Part shown: positions 1-13,794 of the stretch, one piece after another
Position numbering within the stretch: position 1 is the stretch's first letter
Layout: each line of letters begins with the position of its first letter
Assembly: GCA_012295275.1 (NCBI GenBank)
Contig: CM022678.1
Span: 8,308,001 to 8,372,000, forward strand
Length of the DNA stretch: 64,000 bases
Source of the DNA: Chrysomallon squamiferum
Taxonomy: Eukaryota > Animalia > Mollusca
Reading direction: 5' to 3'
Translations under genes and position numbers: made by a program
The notes under the pieces: generated by a model
Seen by the model: the letters and a program-made list of their open reading frames with translations, nothing else
Told to the model about the DNA's origin: nothing
The model's database searches: none

Positions 1-42
1 TATAATAATAAGAAAACAGAAATTACTACTGAAGCTAAATAC

Positions 43-830
43 CTTGGACTTGTCTTATGTAAAGCTCAATCCTTCATCAATACCAAGAGAGATTTAATAA
101 ATTGGACTTCTATGTACTGTAAAAAAAAAAAAAAAAATAATAATAATAATAATAATAAAATAAATAAAAATGCAAAGAATTTAATTAGTTAACAGTCATT
201 TTTATCTCACAAGAGTGAAAATTCTATATTAAATTATTATTACCTAAATGTGAAATCTTAACTTTAAAAAAAAAATTATATATAACGTAATGATTACTCC
301 CAAATTATTCAAATACACATGAAAATGAAGATCTAAGTTCTTTGATGAATTTATGGAGATTCTCACTGTCTTCAATCGATTGGAAACAGTAGTTTATAAA
401 AATACCTTTGAACGACTATTTTTATTTATTTGTCGTCGTTTTACAGAAAATTCCTATATTGATTTTATGATACCTGATAATCGTTAGTAGCCTTTACGAC
501 AAGAAAGAAAGGGTAACCAGTATTACGGGCTAGAAGTCACTATGGTTTATATTATAGTTACACCACGTAAACACAACTTAGCATTATATTAGCAGTAGTA
601 TCGCCGTATGCTACAGCCATTTGGTTTCAAATCACAGCAGAATTCTGCGAGCAATTCTTACTTCAATTTACGAACAATGTCTTGATGATTGCCTGACTGG
701 TTTTACCCTCTAAACTTTTCCAAAATTTACACGAGCGTCATGTTCTACATACAGCCTTATCTCCCCTTTGTTGGGTTTGTATTCTGTCAGTTTTCCTTCA
801 AACTAAAGCGCGCACTCAAACAACAGTATC
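43..830 (-). other. 5' non-coding exons and promoter of a third zinc-finger paralog whose coding exon lies left of the window
   Basis: Blocks 20-116 and 655-820 are homologous to 6645-6735 and 7535-7716, which lie upstream of the ZNF at 3381-3950. Minus-strand donors AAG/GTATTT (41-42) and GAA/GTAAG (660-661) are at equivalent positions in the copies. Confidence 0.55.
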
Positions 831-1246
831 AGTTCAACGGACTGCTGTGACGAATCTCATACTATAAAACGAATCAGTGGAACTTTTGCCTCTGTAAAAC
901 TAATTTTAATCGGAATCATAACGGATCAGAAAAAATGTTCGTTTCCGGCAGATCTTCATTTAACAACTGATCTAATAGAAAATAGCCTTTGAAAACTCGA
1001 AGTCCTGGAAGGGTCAAGCTATCATTTACCTTGATAACACAAAACAGTGGGTTCTTTGTTGAGTAAGCGGAACGAAATATGCCCACGTCCATCGTCTGTG
1101 TTTTTACAGTATCTTTACAAAATACAGGCTTCAAGAACTTTGCAGTTAAGTGACTAAGTTCACTGACTGATGTTTATTTTGCTTATTTAAAAGCCAGTTA
1201 AATTGTCTTTTCTTATTACTTACTATTCTTCAGTAATGTTTCCAGT

Positions 1247-1286
<40 letters not shown>

Positions 1287-2859
1287 CCAAAATTGCAGCT
1301 TATCTCAGTATTTAGAAAACCTCTGAAAGTATCTGGCTTCGCAAAAAATTGGCTTAATTGTATTTATACATTTCAGTTTTGTGTTTTATCGTTGTTACTC
1401 GCCGACAGAAAAGTACCTGATGCACGGGAGCTCGCATTGGCCACGAACTTAATTTGAAAGCTCTAATTAATTGTTACTTTCATTATCTGAATAACACATT
1501 TTTATATCAAACTGTTTTTAGCAAATTTTCTGCTCTCCTTTCAGAGCCTATTTTCAGACGACTTTAATAACCAATATAATATTCATGTGAAACAAAAATG
1601 GATCTGATAATAAATTGTAATTAATAGCAGCTCCTGCAGTGGTAACAGCAAGAGAAGTAGTAGTAGTAGTGGCAGTAGTAAAAACAGTAACATGCATTGC
1701 AGCACCAGACTGTAGCTGTGGTTTCTGGTTTTAATAGCAATTGATAGCAATTAACAGCAATATTTATAGTTCTAATACCGTAGTTAATATCTGCGTGTTT
1801 AACGGTAGTCATTAGTAACAGTGTTTGTGGTTTTAAAAGTATGGTTAAAAGCACGCAGTGTGTGTTCTGGTAGTTTTCTACTAGTTTTTGTATTTTTAAT
1901 ACATTTAATAGCAAGCAGTACGAGTAGTTGTAGAGTCATCACTTCTGAGCTATGTTTTACAGCATAATATCAAACGTCTCTTTTCTTTCTAATAACTAAT
2001 GTTAATTAGTCCTATTGTCAGCTGAAAATCATTTAATCTTCCTGAGTGTTATCGCCACCGAAACCGCGGTTAGAATCAGATGTCGATAACATTATATGTT
2101 GCATTCTGTATGTATATACGGAATCGGATTAGACTTGATTAATAAAAATCTTGTTACATATAAAATACAGGGCGATTTTGCCCGCGGTGAGTTCAACATT
2201 CTATAATTGGCGCTCAAACAACTTTTGAAAAACTATTTTGTTAGTTACTTATTGTGATTTTAGTAACTTTTAGTAACAGTCATGGCATCTTTACATTCAA
2301 TTGAAAATACTGCTGATACCGTTAAACCAAAGCCTTCACCCAAAAATAATAGTAATAAACTAAAAAACACACAGTAACAAACGATTATAGATTTATATCT
2401 TGAACAAAAAAAAAAAACACCGAAAACTGACTTGATAATTCCTTTCAAATCGTTGCAGAATTTCTTCGAAACTTCTCTTTAATTTATGAACATCTTGAAC
2501 ATTACCTGAGTATTTTTCACTCCATTCCTTTCTAACATTTACATTAGACTATTGTTATTATAATGTAGTAAAATAATACTAGTAACTAGTAGAGCACCAA
2601 GTGTACTACTAGTAGAAATGATTATAGTAAATATAAAGTTCTATTTAAGTATTTTTTATTAACTTTTCATAAAATCATGTTATTACAAAACATTATATTT
2701 CTGGTTTGATTATTTTCTTTTATTTCGCAAAATATCACTTCTTCACATCATTTTTAAAAGTTATGTTCATTTTATATTTTAGATACCAGCTTCTCTTGCA
2801 AACATTTTGCAAGAACACCTCATTTAAAAAGCTTCTCAGCAGTTTGGATCCTCTTGTCT

Positions 2860-3395
2860 GTTTTATCAAACTGAGTACAGTGAGAAACATTTTGAACAGT
2901 TTACAGTTTTAAAATATTTCTTCCTGATATCGACTTTCATGTGATTTTTTTTTAGATTTGAACTGCATGAGAAACATTTTCCACAAACTTCAAAAGAGTT
3001 AGAAACAATAAAAGAACAGAGAAAACTTTCCATCGTTTCCTTTTCTTTTTATTTCAAAAAATTTGTATAATCATAAAATATAAAACAGTAGTCACTTACA
3101 GTCAGTTTTCTTCTAGAGTTGTCAGAAACACAAAACCCAGCCATCAATCAACCATTTTTCATATTCGTAGTGATAGCAGTACAGTCATAAAATGCTACTC
3201 AAAATTGAAGAATAATTAAGGCTTCTCTCCGTATGGGACTTCATGTGACATTTTAAACTCGAACGCCGCGAGAAACATTTTCCACAATTCTCACATTTAA
3301 AAGGTTTCTCACCAGCACAGATCTTCATATGACATTTTGCATGTTCACGGCGTGAGAAAAGTATTCCACAAACGTCATATTTAAAAGGTTTCTCT
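2860..3395 (-). pseudogene. Out-of-frame and decayed zinc fingers downstream of the first ZNF ORF
   Basis: The shifted frame reads EKPFKYDVCGILFSRREHAKCHMKICAGEKPFKCENCGKCFSRRSSLKCHMKSHTGEKP to a stop at 3216-3218. A further relic, FEVCGKCFSCSSNL, lies near 2950-2995. Confidence 0.8.
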
Positions 3396-3950
3396 TCCGG
3401 TATGGACCTTCATATGGTATTTCAAATTCGAACGCTGTATGAAACATTTTGCACAAACTTCACATTTAAAGGGTTTCTCACCAGTATGAATCTTCATATG
3501 ACGTTTAACACTTTCAGCTCGTGAGAAACATTTTACACAAACTTCACATTTAAAAGGTTTCTCACCAGTGTGAATGGTCATATGACATTTTAAACTCGAA
3601 AGGTGTCTGAAACATTTTGCACAAACCTCACATTTAAAAGGTTTCTCACCAGTGTGAATCTTCATATGACATTGTAAATAAGTACGTCGTGAGAAACATT
3701 TTGCACAAACCTCACATTTAAAATGTTTATTTCCAGTATGAATGTTCATATGATATTTTAAACTCGAATTCTGTCTGAAACATATTGCACAAACCTCACA
3801 CTTAAAGGGCTTCTCACCAGTATGGATATACATATGTGTTTTCAGAGTCAAACTGTGTGAGAAACATCTTGCACAAACTTCACATTTAAACTGTTTCTCT
3901 AGCGTCTTGATGCTGTGTGGTTCATCATCACTGTGAGTTGCCATGTTCAT
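3381..3950 (-). CDS. C2H2 zinc-finger protein with 6 tandem fingers, ended by a +1 frameshift
   Basis: The ORF has six CxxC-x12-HxxxH units with TGEKPF-type linkers. A candidate splice acceptor (ttttcag) lies near 4350. No KRAB, SCAN or BTB domain is visible. Confidence 0.93.
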   Translation of the reverse strand: MNMATHSDDEPHSIKTLEKQFKCEVCARCFSHSLTLKTHMYIHTGEKPFKCEVCAICFRQNSSLKYHMNIHTGNKHFKCEVCAKCFSRRTYLQCHMKIHTGEKPFKCEVCAKCFRHLSSLKCHMTIHTGEKPFKCEVCVKCFSRAESVKRHMKIHTGEKPFKCEVCAKCFIQRSNLKYHMKVHTGRETF

Positions 3951-4559
3951 TTTTATATTCTCAATTTTAGAAAATCATTTCATACAGACTTCACATTAAA
4001 ACCCTTTCTCTCTGGTGTAAACTAGGTTTCATTAGCCTACAATGGCTACAATGATTATGGTTTAGAAGAAAATGTCCAAAAAGATTTTTTTTTTTAACGT
4101 AATGTGACATAGATTTAAATTTTGTTAAAGAATTATGTGATCTTTTATTAAAATATCAGTTTGAAATTTCGAGGAAATAGATTTTCACCATTCACATTTT
4201 AATTTCTTTCAAAAAAAATCAGTAATTGTAAATTATGGCTTCTACAAAACTCGACAATTTGTAATTTGAAGGTATTAGATTTTTTGATTACATATTAATC
4301 TCATACTCATCAAAAGCTCTGTCTCAGATTCTGCTTTCTTTTTTCTTTTCTGAAAATTTGAAATAAAATAATCTAATACAACAGAATTATATAATATTTA
4401 AAATAGCACATTTCAAATTTCCCTTTTTCTTTAGGCATCCTTTACCAGACTTTTTTTTTTTTTCAACATTCTCATTTAGTTTAGCTTTCCTTCACCAATA
4501 AAAGGCATTGTAACTGTACCAGTTGTCTAAATCAGTTATTGTCAACCAACAATGACTTT

Positions 4560-5400
4560 ATTTATGACAGGGTGCAGTGATCCACTAAGATAAATACATT
4601 CAAATCTAGCATTTTTCACTGGCAGCTTTAACAGATAATGAATTTAAATTTATATTTAAAGATTGTATAATTAATGCCTTAACATGACTCTATTCCATTT
4701 TTTTTAAGAACTCATCACATAAAATTATTTTAAAATTCTTGTTTTGCCACAAGACCTTCACTTGGGCACACGAATGTGTTACATAAACCACATTCATCTA
4801 GCGTAGCTTTAAGTTGTTTAACAGAAGATATCCAAGAACTTGATATAGTACTATACATGTTCCTGCATATAATCACAGTATAAATGCTATAAATGTACTA
4901 TGCATGTTGTTGTATAACCGTAGAATAAATGTTCTTTACAGTTAACAACCTTTACCCAAAAGGTAATCATTCTTCCTTTAACATTGGTAGACAGCAGATC
5001 TCTCCCTAATTCACAATAAATCATAAAGCTTGGTGCTGACTTGTTAACACACAATATGTATTTGTAGAACTTGACATGTAGTCTTTCAGTTATAGTTAAG
5101 TTACTAAAGCCACAGATTTCACATCCAAATAATAATACTGGTTTTATAATCTTGTTAAACAAATCTGACAGTTGACTGATAAAGTAAATCTCTCTTAATA
5201 TATTTATTTATTTTTCTATTATTATTTTTTTTTTTTTTTTTTTTTTTTTGGGGGGGGCGGATATATTAACCATTGCCTTTAAATCTTGGTTGATTAAATT
5301 TTTCTAAGTATTTAATTTATTTAAATTACCACTTGGTATTTAACCTCCATAACAATTTTTATTTCCACATCATCATATATAAATCTAAAAGTATTTGTTT
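4560..5400 (-). mobile_element. Decayed LINE ORF2 fragment (C-terminal part of RT and post-RT region; CR1/L2/RTEX-like)
   Basis: LFNKIIKPVLLFGCEICG...ERLHVKFYKYILCVNKSAPSFMIYCELGR...RMITFWVK matches the LF..(I/V)P.L.YG.E.WG...YGELGR pattern of non-LTR ORF2 C-termini. Stops and indels flank it. Confidence 0.85.
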
Positions 5401-6665
5401 CTAAATTTTTGAATGAAGGAGAATTGTTATCCAATAAAGTGATAAACTTTATAAAAGTAGTGACAATCATTTTTTTGTGTTTTATCTTAGAAATGTAAAC
5501 TGTTCTAAAAACATGACACTATATTCCAGAACTGTTTATGTATCTGTATTTGTGCATGTGTGTATGTATGTGTATATATATATATACACACACGCATATA
5601 CATAGACACACACACAGAGAACGATATATGGCCAAGATCATGTTTTATATATGTAATTTATGCATGGTATATGTGTAACAAAAATACATAATTTTAGCCC
5701 ACTTTTATCACAACAATCTGACATAGTTGCTGTACATAATTTAAATAAAGGTAGTTACAAAACTGACACGCTCTGTCATGTTGTCGTCTTCACTGTGAAT
5801 TAACTGAAATTTGGTACAGGTTAAGTTAAACACCATTTATCATGACTACAAAAATACTAACAACATAATCAAAGAATCAAAAAAATTTTACTTTCAAACC
5901 TAGGTTAATTTTCTTAATTATGTCATTCTGATTATGTTCTTTCATTTAGTGTTATATTTGATATAGAGGTAATTCCTACAGCTTGACTAGAAGGAAATGT
6001 AGGAAATACAAGAATAGAGGCAATGGATGTCATCTGTACTGTTGCAAAAAAGTTACAGAGCTAAGAGGTTTGAGAACATTATTTACATCCATCCTAAATA
6101 AAGAACTGACTGTATTCTCTGATCAAACTGAATTATTACTGTGGTTTTGATAAGGATCCTTTACAACTCATAATATATGTTTTTTATTAATTTATTTCAT
6201 TTACAAAAAAGGAAATAAGAAAAATATGTAGTGTGCTTTTACCAATTTTGAATGAGCACAGGATGATTTAAAAAGTAGAATTGTACAACAGCTGTAAATC
6301 AGAATACTTTCTTCCAATTGTGGAGCATGACAAGGAAAAAGCCACTATTTTACATTCATCTTACTTAAATGATCTAGTAATATTTTAGATATGAAAGTTG
6401 TAATGGCATTCAGCCAGTAACAGTTGTTCTTCTCAAAGATGTTAATGTACATCAATTTACTTTCATTGATAATTATTTAATGCAGAACATTTGGTATCTT
6501 TTTTTTCCCATTATACTCGAATAAACCAATAACAGTTTTTAGGAATGAAAGTTGTAAAGATATTTGTTCACCAACACAATTTCTTGTGAAAGAAATTAAT
6601 CATGTTAGTGTACATCAAGTTACATGCATTGTTAATTATCAGAAATTGTAACTGAGGTTAAATAC

Positions 6666-7720
6666 CTTGAACTTGTGTAAAGTAAATCTGGATCCTTTGT
6701 AAAAACAGGAAATATTCAATCAATTGAAGTTCAAACTCTGTTTCCTATGTTGATAAAAAATAAGTAGAGATTTATTTTGATTTATTAAATTTGTCTGATT
6801 TTAAAACATATATTACTGTATGGTTGTGAGATTTGGAGTTTTGCTAACTTAGTAATAAACAAAAGAAGTTTCATCTTAGGTTTCGCAAATGTATAATGAT
6901 CATAATTATGTGTTAACATGACAAGATTATGCTTTATGTTCTGTGATGAATTAAAGAGATATCCATTGTATGTGTCTGTTGAAGTAAAGTACATATTGGG
7001 CAAAGGTTGTTTATGGTAATGAACCTAAATTCTCTGATATATTAAACAAGCTGTCACCATATTACAAATCAAATACTATATCAATTATCTTTCAATTTTA
7101 CAAAATGTATTCTAGACAAATGTGACTTATATATATATAAAAGTAAAAAAAAATACAGAAAAAAATGAAAAACACTCGCATGTATATTCAGGTACCAATG
7201 TGTGGTCAAAACAAGCTGTTAAAAGGCTGTTATGTGATCTGTTCTTACAAATATGGAAATAGTGATAAATTTGAGTAATCTATGAGAAAACAACAGTCAC
7301 AGTGTTTTCAATGGACTAGTTAATGTAGTCGACGTTTATCCTTCTATTTATTTCCGTTGGAATTCAAATTATTTAATTAGCTTGATGCTGCATTTAAGTA
7401 ATAATAAAAATTACGTCTATCTTTAAATTCAAGGCTTTACAAGAAGAATCAAACGAGTATGGGTACACCGCGTAAACAAAGAATACCACGCCACTATTTA
7501 ATTCAAAACGAATTATCTTAATGTTTTGCGAAAAATTCTTACTACAATTTACAGACAATGTCTTGTTGATTACCTGACTGGGTTTTCATTTATTTCTCTC
7601 GTTCTATTCATTTCTAAAATTTACACGAGACGTTAATGGCAATTCCGTGGTTTGTCTCCCCCTTCGTTCAACTTTGTACTCGTTATCAGTTTTCCTTCAA
7701 AATAAAGCGCGCACTCTAGG
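6666..7720 (-). other. Putative 5' UTR exons (about 6666-6737 and 7543-7720) and promoter of the ZNF at 3381-3950
   Basis: Minus-strand donors at 6664-6665 and 7541-7542, local CpG enrichment, and paralogy with 43-830 and 11952-12024. Confidence 0.55.
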
Positions 7721-7878
7721 AATCGGAAACAACGGTATTATTTCATTACACAGTCGCATTTCTTCTGATAGCAATAAAAACGAGCCATGTGAAATAAATC
7801 GAATAATATGTAATATTTTGTGTTAAGTTATTTTTATATAGTGGTTATTATTATTTATTTTCATATGCGGATATTTAA

Positions 7879-7948
<70 letters not shown>

Positions 7949-9604
7949 TATTTATTAATTCATAAAATTTTCAAAAATTAGCTCTGGTGTTCTTTATAAG
8001 ACTTTCTTCTATTATCTTTGTTCAAATGATTGAAGAATAAATTCAAGAAATGCTAGTTATTTGAATTTACAAATGACATCTTGAAGACTGTCGCATAAAA
8101 TTGTTACTTAACAATAACAGTATAATTTAGTATATCTAAAAACAGTTATATAACTTTATTTTATTTTATTATTGTTAGTTCTTATTTATATTCATATTTA
8201 TTCTTATTTTTCTTATTTTTTCTTATTATAATTGCTTTATAACTTTTTTAACAAGCTTTATTAGATGACTTTCTGTGAGATTTTCTGTTACCAAGTCTGA
8301 AATATTGCATGGTGATTCTGACCAATGAGCTACTTTTAAGAAGGAAAAAAAAAAAAAAAAAAAAAATTGAAGTATCAAGAGGCTTCAGACATAATTTAGT
8401 ACAAGTTTAATGCAAAATGTTTAGTATGAAATTTATATGAAGTACTTTTGTATAAGAATTTATGAAGTATTTTAGTATAAGAATTATTTGAAGTACTTTA
8501 GTATAAGAATTGTATTACTACTACTTCTACAACTACCACTACTACTAATGATAATAGTAATAATAATGCATTTTCAATTTTGGTCATCTTTTATAAAATG
8601 TATACTAGATAAATGTGTTTTATGTAACATTTACTTATGTAACCCAGTGAATATCATGTGGTTAAAAAGAAATGTTCTTAACACAATATTATGAATGCTG
8701 AACCAAGAATTTAAATTAGGACATTAACTGGCAATACAACAATGCTAGAATATTATGTCAATTTACAAGCTGTCTGATGATTTTGTATTGAAAGATAAGA
8801 CAGACTATTTACATGTTAGATGTTTGTGATGAGTTCCTCTATATTTTAACTCTGCATCTTAATCTCCCAAAGGAGCTGAACAGTTACTATAGAAATACAG
8901 ACTTGGACCTAGTGCAATAACATTTCAACATTTGTGCAAATAAAATAAAATAACTTTTTAAATAAACTCTCTCTATTTCCACACATTTTTATTCAGAGCT
9001 GCTATTCTGTGCTAAGCAGTATGTAAGTGCTGCTATAAAAAACACTAGAAATTTTTTTCTCTAAATACTGCACCAACTGCAAGACTGTAAAAGAGACTCA
9101 AAACACAGGTCTGAAAATTGCTTTGATGTGCATAGTTTAGTTTATTCTGGTTTTTCTCAATCAAGCTAAGTTGTGTAATATCCAAAACCTTAAACACTTT
9201 AATTAGCCAGGATAACCACAAATATTGTATTATACCACTGACTGATTTGTTGTTTATAACCTTCTTAATTCTGCAGTTAATATTTCCATAGCCATGACAA
9301 ACAACATCAAGTTTTTAACATAATGTAGACTTTATTAATTCATTGTTTGTTTTCTTTTTCTTTTTCTTTTACACACACACACATTTTGATTTGACATCTT
9401 TTTTTTTCTTCAGCTTGCTTTCTTCTTTTTGCACTGTTGTCTTTTTCTTCCATCTATCTATTACTTTTTTCAACCTGTTTTTGTTCATTTCAACATGTTA
9501 AATAATCAATATCTAGATGTGAAACAAAAGTAGATCTGATAATAAATCATAATTAGTAGTAACAGCAAGAGTAACAGTTTTAATTGTAACAGCAGCTGTA
9601 GTTG

Positions 9605-9778
<174 letters not shown>

Positions 9779-10516
9779 TTACTCACCTCTGTGTACCTTC
9801 ATGTGAATGTTTAGAACACTACCTCGTGAGAAACATTTTTCACAAACTTCACACCTAAAAGGTTTCTCACCAGTATGGATCTTCATATGGTTTCTTAGAT
9901 TTGAACAGAATGAAAAACATTTTGCACAAACTTCACATTTAAAAGGTTTCTCACCAGTGTGAATGATCATATGCCTTGTCAGAGTATACCACTGTGAGAA
10001 ATGTTTTGCACAAACCTCACATTTGAAAGGTTTCTGACCAGTATGTATCTTCATATGACGTTCTACATTCTGTTTTCGTGAGAAACCTTTTGCACAAACC
10101 TCACACTTAAAAGGTTTCTCTCCAGTGTGGACGTTCATATGATGTTTTTCATCTGCACCTCGTGAAAAACATTCTGAAGAAATTTCACACATCAAAGGTG
10201 TGTCAGTAGTATGGACCTTCATATGAGTTCTTAAATTTGGACGTTGTGAGAAACATTTCTCACAAATTTCACATTTAAAAGGTTTTTTACCAGTGTGTAT
10301 GTTCATATGAGTTTTTAGAGTTGAACTGGCTGAGAAACATCTTGCACAAACTTCACACTTAAATGGTTTCTCACCAGTATGGCACCTCATGTGACGTTTT
10401 AGAGTTGAATTGTCTAAGAAATATTTTGCACAAACCTCACATTTGAAAGGTTTGACACCTGTCTTGATGCATAATGACTTTTCATCACTGTGAGTTGCCA
10501 TATTATATCTCTTCAT
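9779..10516 (-). CDS. C2H2 zinc-finger protein with 8 fingers (the 4th degenerate, CEISSEC), ended by a premature in-frame TAA
   Basis: Repeated CEVC..CF......L..HM..HTGEKPF. The N-terminus MATHSDE resembles MATHSDDE in the paralog. A splice acceptor tttttatattgacag precedes position 10739. Confidence 0.93.
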   Translation of the reverse strand: MKRYNMATHSDEKSLCIKTGVKPFKCEVCAKYFLDNSTLKRHMRCHTGEKPFKCEVCARCFSASSTLKTHMNIHTGKKPFKCEICEKCFSQRPNLRTHMKVHTTDTPLMCEISSECFSRGADEKHHMNVHTGEKPFKCEVCAKGFSRKQNVERHMKIHTGQKPFKCEVCAKHFSQWYTLTRHMIIHTGEKPFKCEVCAKCFSFCSNLRNHMKIHTGEKPFRCEVCEKCFSRGSVLNIHMKVHRGE

Positions 10517-11794
10517 ACAGATGTCGCATTTAAACTCTTTCTATCTGCTGTAAACTCAGTAGGTTACTCTAAAGTTCCAAATCAGAGTTCTTTTTCAGGA
10601 ATATGACGATGTAAAATTCTGAATCAATTAACTGTGTTTAAGTGTAAAGTGATCTTTCAGTAAAATATCTCATTTTACATTTTAATCTCAATTTCATCAA
10701 CATCTGTAACTGTAATTCTAATGTCTTCTTTTCTCCATTCTGTCAATATAAAAATACACAACATAATGCAACTGAGAGATAATATTCCCATTAGCATATT
10801 TTATTAAAATAGATAATTTTAAATAACAAGATTCAATTTACTTACAAATTTATTATACTTCAAATTGGTCAAATCCTACATTTTAACATGTAATTTATAA
10901 CATGATCAGTAGACAAACTGGACCTATCATTCTTCATCAAAAGAACACAAGATAAGAAAAGGGCATAGCATATTACCATGTTAATGGAAGCAATCTTGAG
11001 GAAGAGCACTGAGATAATGCAGGGATGAAGTGTTTAACTACAGGATCGTAATTTTTATCTACAGGATCGTAAGAGTCTTTTGCCCAAGATCAGAACACAA
11101 CTGTAGATTAACTTGTTACAAAAATATACAAGTTCAGTCCACTTCCAACTGAACATTCCAACACTGGTGACACAGTCACTGTTGAGAATTTAAATAAAAG
11201 GACCAAACAGCTGACATGTCAGTTATTTAGATGTAAAGTTATAAAACTGACAGGGTCTGTCATGATGTTGTCTTCAGTGGTAATTAGCTGAAATGCTGCA
11301 CGTTAAGCTAAAACTATTACTGCCTGAATTTGTTCATGTTGTTTATCAAAAATACAACATAACTGAAAAGATTTCACTCTCAAACTTAAAATTAATTTTC
11401 TTGATTATGTCATAATATGATTGTGTGTTTATGTTCCACTACTTAATTCTATATGTGATAGTAGAATAATTCCTACATTTGAATAGAAGGAAATGAAATC
11501 CCTATACATTACCTTGATATGAGAAATTTAAATTAGCAGAATAAAAAATAAGGTTTCTTCATTACTGATAATGTTTTGCATAAACATATTTCGGGTACTA
11601 ATATTTGTTTTTATTGATTTTTGCGTGTTTTTGATCTGTATCACATCAATTATAATGTATTATAATAATGGGAAATCTTTCAGAATAATATCTTATAAAA
11701 ACTAGAATTGTACAAATGGCTCTAAATCAAAGGTTTTTTTCTTTATAGGTTTCTTTCAACTTTTGAAGTTGGACTCAGAAAGGTCTATCATATG

Positions 11795-11825
<31 letters not shown>

Positions 11826-12386
11826 ACAAAAATTATTTAATAACATTTTTGCAGCAGGCAATAGTAAACCTTGCTGTCAGGATATTCTCCTGCAATTTTT
11901 TAGCTTGGCTTTAAATTCACATATGATAAAGAAACAGAAATTACTAAATACCTTGGACTTGTCTGAACTAAGTCTGGTTGCTTCGTAAATACAGGAAAGA
12001 TTCAATCAACTGGTCTTCAATGGACTAAACACAAACAAAAAAAACAAAAAATATATATATATATATGTATATATGTTGGTAATTTATCAGCAGACATTCA
12101 GCTTTGTTTGACATGACTTCAAAATGATGAAAATCTACATTATTACCTGGAGGCGAAATTTGAGCTTTTAGAAATTAAGACATACTTTCAAATTCAAAAT
12201 CTATATATATATATGAAGAAGAAAAAAACAAAAGAAAGAAAACAAAAACGAGTAGAGGTTTATCACGAAAACAAACAATCGTTACAATGCTATCAATTCA
12301 ATTAAGGTATTAATAGTAATACTATTAATATTATCGTTTGTGAATGTTATAATAAATTTATTTACATATGAAATTGCCAACACAGA

Positions 12387-12453
<67 letters not shown>

Positions 12454-12539
12454 AATACTATTATAGTTTATACAGTGAATACCTCTCTCTGTTTCTCTCA
12501 CACATACAATGATACATACAATGATACAATGATACATCA

Positions 12540-13240
12540 TGTTTACGTCGTTCCATGGCTGAAAATGTCCGCATATCTCCGCATCCGATTCACACAAACA
12601 TAAAACATCCCAATCCATTTCGATTCTCGTGAAGTATTTCCAAAATTCTATTAAACTGAATAATCAACAAGTAAAATGTTACCGAATTAACAATAAAAAT
12701 AGCCTGGCTATCAAGCATCAGTTTAAACTGTTTTGAAAAGCGTAGCATACATTCGAATCCGTGTATGTTCGAAACATCGTTTGTTTATCGAGAGTGATTT
12801 TATTTAGTATTTAAGAAATTATTAATTTATTTATTCTTATAAAAAATATTACAAAGTTTGTAGAAATTAATTCCCCGAAACAATCACCACAAATCAAACA
12901 AAACAATTTCTCAGGGTTAAAAATTAAAGATTAAATGAAACAGATATATGATTTTATTTTATTTTATTTATTTATTTTATTTTATTTATTTATTTTATTA
13001 TTATTATTATTATTTTTTTTTTTTTTTTTTTTTTGGCAACTAGACCTTTTTCGGAGGAGAACGGATTGTGTTGTGTATGTACACACTTTATTTATTTTGC
13101 TATTCGGCCGAGATGATCCGAACGGTCCCGATCAGTTTTACGATCGTGGGTAAGCGAGACTCGGGGTTTTGTTTATCAAGACTACAGTTGGCGGTCTATA
13201 AAGTTAGTGTTTATAAATCGATGTTGGCAAATTAAGGTAA
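12540..13240. promoter_or_regulatory. Putative bidirectional CpG-enriched promoter between the second ZNF (-) and the plus-strand gene
   Basis: There are CpG-rich patches at 12545-12630 and 13050-13240. A candidate minus-strand donor GTAAAC lies near 12546 and a plus-strand donor AAG/GTAAGC near 13237. Confidence 0.4.
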
Positions 13241-13794
13241 GCCGGTAAGTCCACTTTATCGAAATACTAGCAAACCTTTTATATGAAATAAATATTTGAG
13301 ATTAATACTGTCTCTTGTGTTTCATCTTATAGAAAAAAGGCGACTTCCCCATAACCTTTTTACCACCCCAGTCACCGAAATGGAACTTTTTGTCGCAATT
13401 TATTCTGACTAAATAATTTATAATTTTAATATTTTAGGTAACTTTTAAATAACATTTTTTTTTTTTCCTCAAATGATAAATGATAAATTTTATAACTTTT
13501 ATTTCATTTATTTTTTATTTTTTTATTTATTTATTTTTTAAACTTCTTTAGTGTTTTCAATGATAAATTTAACGTTTTAAAGTTAAATAATTTCAATAAT
13601 GGTAAATGTTACATATTTTTTTTCAGTTAACTCATTTTAATTGTTATCAATGATAAATGCTACATTTTTTGTTTTTGTTTTTGCTAAACTAATTTTATCA
13701 CTGATAAATTTTACATTTTTTTAGTTAACTAATTTTACTGATGAAGGTTATCAGTGATAAATCTAATTTATCACTTTATAGGATAAACAAGCCC
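13164..13794. mobile_element. MITE-like remnant with imperfect terminal inverted repeats and many TGATAAA motifs
   Basis: GGTTTTGTTTATC (13165-13177) matches the reverse complement of GATAAACAAGCCC (13782-13794) at 11 of 13 positions. The internal part 13190-13400 recurs at 45575-45815 (inverted) and 46435-46560. Confidence 0.4.

Noticed and set aside
916-1134. 72-aa ORF upstream of the ZNF promoter
   Set aside because: Non-ATG start, no recognisable domain and no supporting exon structure.
2034-2225. CpG-containing patch as a tRNA/SINE or piggyBac MITE
   Set aside because: No A/B boxes or cloverleaf, and the terminal inverted similarity is too degenerate.
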